Source: an uncultured Candidatus Poseidoniales archaeon
GTDB lineage: Archaea > Thermoplasmatota > Poseidoniia > Poseidoniales > Poseidoniaceae
DNA length: 64,000 nt
Assembly: GCA_964577145.1 (NCBI GenBank)
Contig: CAZNXM010000004.1
Location: 1,747-65,746 of the forward strand
Direction of reading: 5' to 3'
The notes under the pieces are model-generated. The model searched no databases. It worked only from the letters and a program-made list of their open reading frames with translations, and was not told the origin of the DNA. The translations under genes were made by a program, and so were the position numbers. Shown here in pieces: positions 37,414 through 45,774 of the stretch (the stretch's first letter is position 1; each line of letters opens with the position of its first letter).

Positions 37414-38560
37414 TACCGCTAGCGGTCTGCCGAGGGGTCAATGGTTTGTCCTCAACCCATTGTTGTGTGAAGAGTTCCTTCAGTGCCTCTTCATCTTCTG
37501 GTGTAGGGAGTACGGTCAGAAGGTATTCATCGTATTCTTCGTCACTGCCTTCCCATAGTGCGCCATCAGTAGTACACTTGCGGCCGCCGAAATCTCCGAT
37601 TTCTCGGTTGAAGTTTTCATGAGGAACAAATAGGGTTACTCCGCAATCTTCGGGGAGATATCCATTGAGTTTCTCAACTTCCTTAACGATCTCATCGTGG
37701 TAATGTCCGCGGCTTTCTTCGTTGAGGACTTCTTTGTCGACATCGATGCCCGCTTCGAGTTTCTTGCGCTCATCCCAGCGTCCCTTTACTCCCCAGACAT
37801 ATGCCCAGGTAGCACTGGTGGAAGAATCGGTTCCGAATAGGTCGTGCGCTGTTGCCACCCACTTGTTCATGTAGCGTTGAAGCATATCCAAAGGAATCAC
37901 TCCAGCCTTGATGATTCTTCGTAGTCCATTGGAACCAGTTCCAAGATGGAATGACTCTTCTTTGAGCATCGGTCCCATGGATGCAGCCAGTGGTTTGAAA
38001 GAAGAAGTTGACAACATTCCAAGTTGGAATTTGCCATCGCGGTCAACGAACATTGTGTAGCAGAAGAAATCGAGCCAGTGGGGCATTGGGCGATTGAATG
38101 CGCCAAGTAGACGGTCACCATCTTGCGCATTTCGCTCCAATAATTTCTGAGCTTCACGCCGTCCTTGCTGTCCAAAGTAAGTCATTAGCAGGTATGCCAT
38201 TTGCCATCCATGACGTTGTTCCTCTGCCATGATACGTGCTGCTGCATAGCGGTCATAATCGGTAGGAGCGCTTGCTAGAAGATGGCGCTGCTGTTCGACA
38301 GAAGCGAATTCAGTATCGCCTTGAACGGTGATCATTGCAATCAATGCATCACGGATATTCTGATGCGGAACTTGTAGTGCTCTTTCCCATTTGGTACGTC
38401 CAGCGTAATCGCCAAACTCGATAGTATCTCCAGCACGGTCCCAATCGAATAGAATAGAGAGGTCAAAATCCCCAAGCCATTCTCGGTTGAATCCGACTCT
38501 ATCTTGCCACTCGCTGAAGTTAGCGACCCATTCTTCCCAAGTTTTGGGTAGTTCTGCCAT
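37397..38560 (-). CDS. Ferritin-like diiron oxygenase of the phenylacetyl-CoA (PaaA) / benzoyl-CoA (BoxB) oxygenase family
   Basis: Diiron ligand motifs EEQRHGW and KEESFHLGTG (compare PaaA DEAGHG / EESFH). Confidence 0.5.
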   Translation of the reverse strand: MAELPKTWEEWVANFSEWQDRVGFNREWLGDFDLSILFDWDRAGDTIEFGDYAGRTKWERALQVPHQNIRDALIAMITVQGDTEFASVEQQRHLLASAPTDYDRYAAARIMAEEQRHGWQMAYLLMTYFGQQGRREAQKLLERNAQDGDRLLGAFNRPMPHWLDFFCYTMFVDRDGKFQLGMLSTSSFKPLAASMGPMLKEESFHLGTGSNGLRRIIKAGVIPLDMLQRYMNKWVATAHDLFGTDSSTSATWAYVWGVKGRWDERKKLEAGIDVDKEVLNEESRGHYHDEIVKEVEKLNGYLPEDCGVTLFVPHENFNREIGDFGGRKCTTDGALWEGSDEEYDEYLLTVLPTPEDEEALKELFTQQWVEDKPLTPRQTASGIGATA

Positions 38561-38619
38561 GCTACGGGGAGGAGGCCCCTCCTATTCATTAATTTGCGAA
38601 CATGTTCGTGCGAACATGT

Positions 38620-39246
38620 TCAAGGGGAGCGCTTGCGTACATCGTCGGCGTATGTATTGAACACCGTACCCTCTATCCGGTGCAACTGGACCGATAATGT
38701 GGATTTAGATACGCCGATATTTTCAGCGAGATTCGTAAGTGTAATTCTGCGAGGAGTTTCCCAGTATCCCTCGTGCATTGCCGCATCGAAAACAATCCGC
38801 TGACGTGGCGTTAGAAGTCTTGCACCTGCTGCTCTAGTCGAGACTACGCGGTAAGGGATCTCTTCTTCACGAAGTAATTGAACAAGGCGGCGACTATTTT
38901 CTGCTGAGCATTCAATAATCCAATCGACCCATCCATCTCTAACTTCGAAAGGAGAATGAGGAATCACTCCTACTTCTCGAATTGGTTTGATGAATCCTCC
39001 ACCACCTTGTGCGATATCAACTGCATATCTCCCCTCGCCCAATTTGCGTACTTCATCGACTCCACTATGATTGGACAGTTCACTTTCAATTTCAACCGTA
39101 GATGAAATTCTAGCAGCACCTCTGCCCCGTCCAAGAGGCATCGTTTCTTCGATTCTAAGAACTGCTTCTGGGCGCTGTCGTGAAACATCACCGGACCAGT
39201 GCCCTTCAGGCAGTCGGACCTCGATGCGTAGATGTTGAGCCATTGT
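38620..39246 (-). CDS. HTH_10 (bacterio-opsin activator-type) transcriptional regulator
   Basis: C-terminal HTH_10-like segment RRITLTNLAENIGVSKSTLSVQLHRIEGTVF. The ORF extends to 39297. Confidence 0.55.
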   Translation of the reverse strand, partial: TMAQHLRIEVRLPEGHWSGDVSRQRPEAVLRIEETMPLGRGRGAARISSTVEIESELSNHSGVDEVRKLGEGRYAVDIAQGGGGFIKPIREVGVIPHSPFEVRDGWVDWIIECSAENSRRLVQLLREEEIPYRVVSTRAAGARLLTPRQRIVFDAAMHEGYWETPRRITLTNLAENIGVSKSTLSVQLHRIEGTVFNTYADDVRKRSP

Positions 39247-39247
39247 A

Positions 39248-40228
39248 TCACAAAGTATGGGTTCTATCGTGGCGAGTGACTTCACCAGTTTTGACATCGA
39301 TTAGTTCAGCAAAGGTCTGCACTTCACTCTCACCGACAACCACGCCTGGTAGATAGCCATCGCATACGCCGGATGCAGCAAAGATTGCATCATCGGATTT
39401 GCAAAGGTCAGTAGCATCCCAAAGGCGAGTCAAATCATCATTGACCATATTTTCAGCACGCTTTTCCTCTTCCTCACTTCGGAACACGAGTCTCCCTTCG
39501 AAAACCCCTCCGATTCCACGAAGTGCAGTAGCGGTAATCACGCCTTCTGGAGCAGCACCAATCCCGAGAAGCATGTCGAAGGGACCGTCATGGCGAGCAG
39601 CCCAAATTGCTGCGGAAACATCTCCATCACCCATCAGGTGTAGTTCGGCCCCAGCCCCTCGAATTTCTTTGAATAACTGCGAATGGCGCTCTCTATCAAG
39701 AGCGACTACTTTGACTTCGCTCATCGGCTTATCGAGAACCGATGCTGCTTGCTCAAGGTTGTAAGCAACACTACCATCGAGGCTGATATGACCAGCGAGT
39801 TCTGGCCCGGCTGCTATCTTATCCATGTAACAATCAGGAGCGTGTAATAAGGTTCCACGCGGTGCTGCTGCAAGTACTGCAATTGAGTTTGGAGTATTGT
39901 CGGCACAGTTGTTAGTACATTCTAGAGGGTCGACTGCAATGTCGATTTGAAGTGCGCCTTCTACTCCTACCTGATTTCCGAGTTCTTCACCGATGAATAG
40001 CATAGGAGCTTCATCACGTTCACCCTCTCCAATGGCGACACGTCCATCGAATGGAACTTTGTCAAAGGTCCGCCTCATCGCTTCAACTGCTGCAGCGTCA
40101 GCCGCATTTTTATCACCAAGGCCACGCCATGCAGCGGATGCAATCGCTGCCTGATCGACCGCTTCGAGGAAGTGGTGTGCGAGGTCGGCGGTCCTGGCCA
40201 TATTGTGGTCCAGACGCGACCCCTCCAT
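39248..40228 (-). CDS. glpX: Fructose-1,6-bisphosphatase class II (GlpX)
   Basis: GlpX-like N-terminus MARTADLAHHFLEAVDQAAIASAAWRGLGDKNAADAAAVEAMR and conserved metal-site regions. Confidence 0.85.
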   Translation of the reverse strand: MEGSRLDHNMARTADLAHHFLEAVDQAAIASAAWRGLGDKNAADAAAVEAMRRTFDKVPFDGRVAIGEGERDEAPMLFIGEELGNQVGVEGALQIDIAVDPLECTNNCADNTPNSIAVLAAAPRGTLLHAPDCYMDKIAAGPELAGHISLDGSVAYNLEQAASVLDKPMSEVKVVALDRERHSQLFKEIRGAGAELHLMGDGDVSAAIWAARHDGPFDMLLGIGAAPEGVITATALRGIGGVFEGRLVFRSEEEEKRAENMVNDDLTRLWDATDLCKSDDAIFAASGVCDGYLPGVVVGESEVQTFAELIDVKTGEVTRHDRTHTL

Positions 40229-40240
40229 GAATGAAACGGG

Positions 40241-40690
40241 TCAGTTACCCTTGTGTTTTTCGAGGACTACAATATCGGTAATCCGTGTTTCTGGGTATTG
40301 GCCCTCGGAATTTTTCTCATATGATTTCACCATATCTAGGGCGCAAAGTAGACCTGCCGATGCTCCTGTAAGTGCTTCCATTTCTATGCCGGTTCGGTAA
40401 TGGGCATTGACTTCAACAGTACAACGTAGAGCATTTCCTTCCCAAGCCCAATCCACTCTACAACCTTCAAGTGGAATTGGATGGCAATGAGGAATAATTC
40501 TTGGAGTATCTTTGACTGCTTGAATCGCAGCAATAGTAGATGCTTCAAGCACATCTCCTTTCTCTACTGAGCCAGAAGTAATCGCCTGTTTTGACGCACT
40601 GGATAAGTGAACTAAGCCGGTGGCACTGGCTCGACGCTCCACGATTGGCTTGTCTCCAATATCAACAACTCCCTGAATGCTTTTGTCCAT
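40241..40690 (-). CDS. moaC: Cyclic pyranopterin monophosphate synthase MoaC
   Basis: MoaC motifs KGDVLEASTIAAIQAVK, IPHCHPIPL and TGIEMEALTGASAGLL. Start chosen at MDKSIQ; the ORF opens at 40774. Confidence 0.8.
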   Translation of the reverse strand: MDKSIQGVVDIGDKPIVERRASATGLVHLSSASKQAITSGSVEKGDVLEASTIAAIQAVKDTPRIIPHCHPIPLEGCRVDWAWEGNALRCTVEVNAHYRTGIEMEALTGASAGLLCALDMVKSYEKNSEGQYPETRITDIVVLEKHKGN

Positions 40691-40694
40691 AACA

Positions 40695-41126
40695 TCACCC
40701 AAGTCCGGCCTTCCAAGTCTCGCCCGATGGCTTGACTTCTTTCTTCCACAGAGGGGCTTGTCGTTTGAGTTCATCGATTAGCCAAGAGCAGCTTTCGAAA
40801 GCCTCCTTTCGGTGAGGGCTTGCAACATGAATTGCGACAATATTTTCACCTGGCCCTACCGAACCGGTACGGTGAGACATTGCAACAGAATGAATTGAAA
40901 ATTGCTCAATCGCTTGTTCTGCAAGTTGGTTGAGCGTAGAAGATAATTGATCTTGCCAAGCATCAAATTCCAGACGAAGCACCTCTTCGCCATCATCATT
41001 ACCGCGAGTAATTCCAATAAAGGAGACTATTGCACCGCATCCCTCGCTTTGGAGTCGCTCTCGTAATGCATCTGGGTCGAGGGCAGATGGGGCCTCTTCG
41101 ATGATGATTCGCCCCTCCATGGCCAA
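40695..41126 (-). CDS. moaE: Molybdopterin synthase catalytic subunit MoaE
   Basis: GAIVSFIGITR and HRTGSVGPGENIVAIHVASPHRKEAF. It lies immediately upstream of moaC. Confidence 0.8.
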   Translation of the reverse strand: MAMEGRIIIEEAPSALDPDALRERLQSEGCGAIVSFIGITRGNDDGEEVLRLEFDAWQDQLSSTLNQLAEQAIEQFSIHSVAMSHRTGSVGPGENIVAIHVASPHRKEAFESCSWLIDELKRQAPLWKKEVKPSGETWKAGLG

Positions 41127-41158
41127 GCCAAGTTGGCCGCATCCTTGAAACCATCTTT

Positions 41159-42427
41159 GTGAGTGAGACCCCCATGGACGAGCACAAACCCATCCATATC
41201 ATGGGAGCAGGGCTCTCTGGTTTGGCTGCGGCTATCACTCTTGCAAGGGGTGGGCGAGAAGTCCATGTTCATGATATCAGAGAAGATTCAGGTGCGCGTT
41301 TTGATGGCGATTTCCAGGCTTTAGAAAATTGGTCTCAGCCTTTTGATTTCTTTGACCAACTGCGAGATTGGGGTTTCGACCCTGCAGAATTCAAGGCTAC
41401 AGAATTCAGTGTCATCGATTTGATTCATCCCGACGATGAGATTACTCAACCCTATACCGATGGGGTTGCTTATCGCATAGTAGAACGAGGTACCTCCTCG
41501 CATACAATAGATCAGGGATTCAAGAGAATGGCGCTTGAGGCCGGGGCTCAAATACACTACAAGAATCGTGTGAAGGAAGAGGATTGCGATATTATTGCAT
41601 GCGGTCCTAAGGGAACAAGTGCTGTAGCCTATGGCGAAATTTTTGAGACCAGTCATCCAAACCATATCGGATTTCAATTGAATGATAAATTAGCGCCCGG
41701 TGCCTATTCCTATCTAATTGTAATAGATGGTGTTGGCCTAATTTGCACTTGCTTATGGCGCAAGCAGAAAAAAAGCGAGCGATTCCTCAACGAGACAATA
41801 GCTTGGTATGAGGCCAAGTATCCCGATTTGGATAGAAAACCAATCAAGCGAGTAGGTGGTAAAGGTGATTTTACAATTAATGCTCGATACAAGCAGAATG
41901 GTCGTTATTACATCGGTGAATCTGGTGGTCTTCAGGATTTCATGTGGGGATTCGGAATGAGGATGGCTGTGTGGTCGGGCCATCTTGCTGCTAAGGATAT
42001 CCTTGGTGAGTGTGACTATGAAAAGGAAGTTCGACGCCAACTCCTACCTTATGTTCGTACTTCAGTAACCAATCGTTTCTTAATGAATAGAGTCGGTGAT
42101 GGAATGTTCAAGCGAATGTGCAATAATTGGATGCGTAATCAGAAGCGCAATGATGACGGCTTAGTGTGGGTTGCTAAATTGTTCAGACCTACTTGGTGGA
42201 AAACTCTGATCTATCACATGGTCAGCCCTTTCATGCTCGAGAAGGACTCCAAAGCGATGGGCCGTGGTGTTCGTCGAATGCCTTTCCGCAAGGCTCTCAA
42301 GCGCGATGTCTGGGAACAATCCGCTGAAGCACAGGAAGTAGGTAATAGATGGAATGAAGCACGAAAAGGAGGAGGCAAGACTTCCTTCGCTGAAGACTCG
42401 GATTCCCCTTCAGTTCCAGATTCTTGA
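41159..42427 (+). CDS. FAD-dependent oxidoreductase (geranylgeranyl reductase-like family), with basic C-terminal tail
   Basis: N-terminal dinucleotide-binding IHIMGAGLSGLAAAITLARGG...VHVHDIRED. Confidence 0.5.
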   Translation: MSETPMDEHKPIHIMGAGLSGLAAAITLARGGREVHVHDIREDSGARFDGDFQALENWSQPFDFFDQLRDWGFDPAEFKATEFSVIDLIHPDDEITQPYTDGVAYRIVERGTSSHTIDQGFKRMALEAGAQIHYKNRVKEEDCDIIACGPKGTSAVAYGEIFETSHPNHIGFQLNDKLAPGAYSYLIVIDGVGLICTCLWRKQKKSERFLNETIAWYEAKYPDLDRKPIKRVGGKGDFTINARYKQNGRYYIGESGGLQDFMWGFGMRMAVWSGHLAAKDILGECDYEKEVRRQLLPYVRTSVTNRFLMNRVGDGMFKRMCNNWMRNQKRNDDGLVWVAKLFRPTWWKTLIYHMVSPFMLEKDSKAMGRGVRRMPFRKALKRDVWEQSAEAQEVGNRWNEARKGGGKTSFAEDSDSPSVPDS

Positions 42428-42468
42428 GCGGCGATATACTCATCTAGCGAACCCTTGTCCGAGGAGAC

Positions 42469-43332
42469 ATGAGCGACCTACACGGACTCGTGCTTGAGCC
42501 AATGCCCAACAATCTCGTCAACTACGGAACCACCACAAATGGTATCGCAGTTATCGAATTAGCATCCAACTCTGCAGGTGCACCTCTCACTGATGGTGAA
42601 GTTGGACCAAATACATACACTCATGGAATGATGTGTGATATCGATACCGCTGTAATTAAGGCACGATTTGATGACAATGTCACAGTCATCGTCATCACAG
42701 GTAATGGTCACAAGTTCTTTTCCGCAGGCGCTTCAATCCAGATGCTAAACAGTGTTACTCCAGGATTCAAGTACAATTTCTGTCTTCACGCAAACGAGAC
42801 ACTTTCTCGCTTCGAACAGACCTCCAAGTTGGTTATCTGTGCAATGAATGGTCACGCTGTTGGTGGCGGTCTTGAGATCGCTATGGCTGCAGACATTCGT
42901 ATCGCCCGCAAGAATTCCGGTAAGGTCGGACTTCCTGAGATCAACCTTGGAGTGCTTGCAGGTACCGGTGGTACTGCTCGCCTAACTCGTTTAATCGGTA
43001 AGGCAAAGGCGCTAGAGATGATGGTCACTGGCGAATTAATGTCTTTTGAAGATGCAAAGGATTGCAGCCTCATCAACCACATTTGGGAAGGTGATGCAGA
43101 TGAGTTCCGCAGAGACATTCTAGATTGGGCTAGCCAATTCACCCTACCTAACAAGGCAACTAAGGCTGTTGGAAACATCAAGCGTTCTTGCCAGACCGGA
43201 CCAGAGATTCCATTCGAGTACCACTTGGCACTCGAGCGTGAGTTGCAAGCTGCACTCTTCGGAAGCAGCGATGCTAAGGAAGGCATTGCGGCATATGTTG
43301 AGAAGCGCGTACCTTCCTTCGAAGGTAACTGA
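42469..43332 (+). CDS. Enoyl-CoA hydratase/isomerase (crotonase) family protein
   Basis: AMNGHAVGGGLEIAMAADIRIA. Confidence 0.8.
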   Translation: MSDLHGLVLEPMPNNLVNYGTTTNGIAVIELASNSAGAPLTDGEVGPNTYTHGMMCDIDTAVIKARFDDNVTVIVITGNGHKFFSAGASIQMLNSVTPGFKYNFCLHANETLSRFEQTSKLVICAMNGHAVGGGLEIAMAADIRIARKNSGKVGLPEINLGVLAGTGGTARLTRLIGKAKALEMMVTGELMSFEDAKDCSLINHIWEGDADEFRRDILDWASQFTLPNKATKAVGNIKRSCQTGPEIPFEYHLALERELQAALFGSSDAKEGIAAYVEKRVPSFEGN

Positions 43333-43338
43333 GTACCT

Positions 43339-44013
43339 TCAAAGCGGACAAGTCCGCTTATTGTGAGACATACTGTCACAAATTCCACAACGGCGGAGTG
43401 CTTTGTTACGTGAGTTTCGGGCGACCCTTGCTTTTGCTGCGAATGGATTCAGATCCGGACAGGTTCTGAGGTTATGTCCAATCTGATTGCAGTTTGAACA
43501 TAATCTTCTCCCACTTGAGCGGAGCCTTGCTACTCTGGCTTTCTCTGGATGTAGGGTATAGCAAGTCCTAGAGTTGTGGCCTGGTTTGTTGCAAGCTCCG
43601 CAACGCCGCTTCCCATCGGTTTGACGTGCCAAGGCCCTTTCTGGATTGATTTCAGGACAAGTTCTGGTATTATGGCCAGCAGCGAAACATTTCGAACAAC
43701 GTCTTCGCCCATCGCGTCTTTGAATAAGAGGGCGATTTGGATTTAATACGGAGCATGTCCTAGTGTTGTGTCCTCGGATTCCACAATAGGAACAAGTGCG
43801 TGAACCACGAGATGCTTTTCTGGCTGCGCGCTGAATCGCCTTCTTTGGGTATAGTTTCGGACAAGTTCGAGAATTGTGCCCACTCTCTTTACAATTCGCG
43901 CAAGCCCTGAGTTCCATCCCTCTTCGGGTTGAATAATATTTACCAGAATTAGTAAGAGGGCATGTTTTCTTATTATGGCCACTGGCGCCACAAGTGCTAC
44001 ATGTGCGCCTCAT
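43339..44013 (-). CDS. Protein composed of seven tandem CCHC zinc knuckles (C-X2-C-X4-H-X4-C); CNBP-like nucleic-acid-binding protein
   Basis: Seven ~30 aa repeats: CSTCGASGHNKKTC, CANCKESGHNSRTC, CSYCGIRGHNTRTC, CSKCFAAGHNTRTC, CGACNKPGHNSRTC, CSNCNQIGHNLRTC, CGICDSMSHNKRTC. It is a basic protein with an AT-rich promoter region upstream. Confidence 0.75.
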   Translation of the reverse strand: MRRTCSTCGASGHNKKTCPLTNSGKYYSTRRGMELRACANCKESGHNSRTCPKLYPKKAIQRAARKASRGSRTCSYCGIRGHNTRTCSVLNPNRPLIQRRDGRRRCSKCFAAGHNTRTCPEINPERALARQTDGKRRCGACNKPGHNSRTCYTLHPEKARVARLRSSGRRLCSNCNQIGHNLRTCPDLNPFAAKARVARNSRNKALRRCGICDSMSHNKRTCPL

Positions 44014-44163
44014 AGCCCATAATACTGAGACTTGGATATAATATATCTCATCATTATTTGAAGATTAATTAATTATTGAGATTATTAATCTTCCAATATT
44101 GGCATATTTTTGATTATTTATTCGTCGATGCGTTGAAGTCCTCGACATGGGTGGGCGAGTCAC

Positions 44164-45090
44164 ATGGCCACCTACCATGTCCCCGCTGACGTGCCCGATG
44201 AGTTGATTGAGACTTTCATCGCCAATATGGATGCTGCAACTTGCGGCACTGGAAAGATGAACCTCTTTGCGTGTGATCAAAAGATTGAGCATCTAAATGA
44301 TGACTTCTATGATGGCGGAGAAAAAATCCCACTGAGTTCTAATGACCCGGCACATCTTTTCGAGATTGGTGCACGTTCTCATAAGCAAGGTACTATCGGA
44401 GTTTTGGCAGGACAACTTGGATTGATTTCTCAATATGCTAGAGATTTTCCTGATGTGCCATACCTGGTAAAACTCAATTCGAAGTCCCACCTGATTGGTA
44501 CTTCACAGCGAGACCCCGTTTCTCAGGCAATGTGGGATCTTGATGATGTTATGGCATTGGCTCATAATGGAATAAATGTCGTTGGTATCGGTTACACAAT
44601 CTATCTCGGTTCTGAATTTGAACATGATATGCTTACTGAAGCCGCGAGTATGATTCGCCAGGCCCACGAACTTGGAATGATTTCAGTTGTCTGGATGTAT
44701 CCACGTGGAAAAGCGGTAACCGATGAGAAATCTCCACAATTAATCTCTGGGGCTGCAGGAGTAGCAGCCTGTATCGGTGCTGATTTCGCTAAGGTCAATT
44801 ATCCAAGAGCATTTGATGGAATGACTCAGCCAGAGAGCCTGGCAATTGCTTGCGAAGCTGCTGGTCGAACCGGAATCATATGTTCTGGTGGAGGTTCATT
44901 GCCTCCTGAAGATTTCTTGAGCCGTCTACATGAGCAAATGAATATCTCAGGATGCAGAGGTGCTGCAACTGGGAGGAATATTCACCAGAAGACAACTGAG
45001 GATGCAGTTAGAATGTCCGCCGCTTGCAAAGCGATAATCTGTGATGGAGCAACTCTTGAAGAAGGATTGTCGATTTACAACGGACAGTAA
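44164..45090 (+). CDS. fbaB: Class I fructose-bisphosphate aldolase, DhnA/FbaB type
   Basis: Strong similarity to the E. coli FbaB region (LVKLNSKSH; VVGIGYTIYLGSEFE; QAHELGMISVVWMYPRG; GADFAKVNYP). Confidence 0.8.
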   Translation: MATYHVPADVPDELIETFIANMDAATCGTGKMNLFACDQKIEHLNDDFYDGGEKIPLSSNDPAHLFEIGARSHKQGTIGVLAGQLGLISQYARDFPDVPYLVKLNSKSHLIGTSQRDPVSQAMWDLDDVMALAHNGINVVGIGYTIYLGSEFEHDMLTEAASMIRQAHELGMISVVWMYPRGKAVTDEKSPQLISGAAGVAACIGADFAKVNYPRAFDGMTQPESLAIACEAAGRTGIICSGGGSLPPEDFLSRLHEQMNISGCRGAATGRNIHQKTTEDAVRMSAACKAIICDGATLEEGLSIYNGQ

Positions 45091-45182
45091 TCATTGTACC
45101 ATTCCACAAGATGTGCAGAACCCACCAACTACTAGCCCTCCGCAAAATATGCAGAGGCCTTCACTGGTGCAAGTAATGGATT

Positions 45183-45554
45183 TCATGAACGGCGGATTAG
45201 ATCAGACGAGGTCTGAATTTGTCCATTGATGTCGAGGAGCAGTGGTTGTCCTTCTTCCCAGTCAGGGCAGTTGTCTGAAACCCAGATTCGTGTAGCCCAT
45301 TCGCAAATGTCATATCCGCCAGATAGGATTCCGGAGCGCTTGATGTATCCGACCTTGACAATATCTTTGTCTTTAGAGAGAACATTGCCTAGTTGTTGGC
45401 TAGTTGTACCATGGCGCATGGTACTATTGATGTGCTCCAAAATCTCAGCTGTATTGCGCGGACGCTCAGCTAGGAATTTCTTGATTTTTTCTCGAATGCG
45501 TACTGTTTTCATCATCTCTCCTCCTGTCATTTTGGCTCCCATATACTCTGCCAT
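45183..45554 (-). CDS. Hypothetical small protein with winged-helix-like segment
   Basis: 123 aa (ERPRNTAEILEHIN...QQLGNVLSKDKDIVKVG). The overlapping plus-strand ORF 45226..45663 looks non-protein-like and was not called. Confidence 0.4.
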   Translation of the reverse strand: MAEYMGAKMTGGEMMKTVRIREKIKKFLAERPRNTAEILEHINSTMRHGTTSQQLGNVLSKDKDIVKVGYIKRSGILSGGYDICEWATRIWVSDNCPDWEEGQPLLLDINGQIQTSSDLIRRS

Positions 45555-45774
45555 GGTTGCCGTTGGAACCGAGGAGCGAAGCAGCCCATATAACCATTAT
45601 CCCGACAGAGGGGTTCCAAGTTACATTAAGACCCCCCAAAATGTAGCAAAGATAGCGGTTTAATTCTGGAACCGAGTTTAGTAAGTTGTTCTCCACTGGA
45701 AATGTGTAACTAAATGTAACAACCAAATAGATAGTAAGTGAAAATATTGATATGCAGGGCGCTAGTGGAGTAAA

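Noticed and set aside
43345-43385. Inverted repeats aagcggac-aa-gtccgctt and tgtgaga...tgtcaca read as a bidirectional terminator between convergent genes
   Set aside because: Both palindromes lie inside the last codons of the zinc-knuckle gene (encoding ...NKRTCPL) and arise from its repeat structure. Any terminator role for the convergent crotonase gene is secondary and unproven.
45226-45663. Plus-strand 145 aa ORF overlapping the minus-strand 123 aa ORF
   Set aside because: Its translation is Ser/Pro/Arg-rich and low-complexity and looks like an antisense artefact. The minus-strand product has balanced composition and a winged-helix-like segment.
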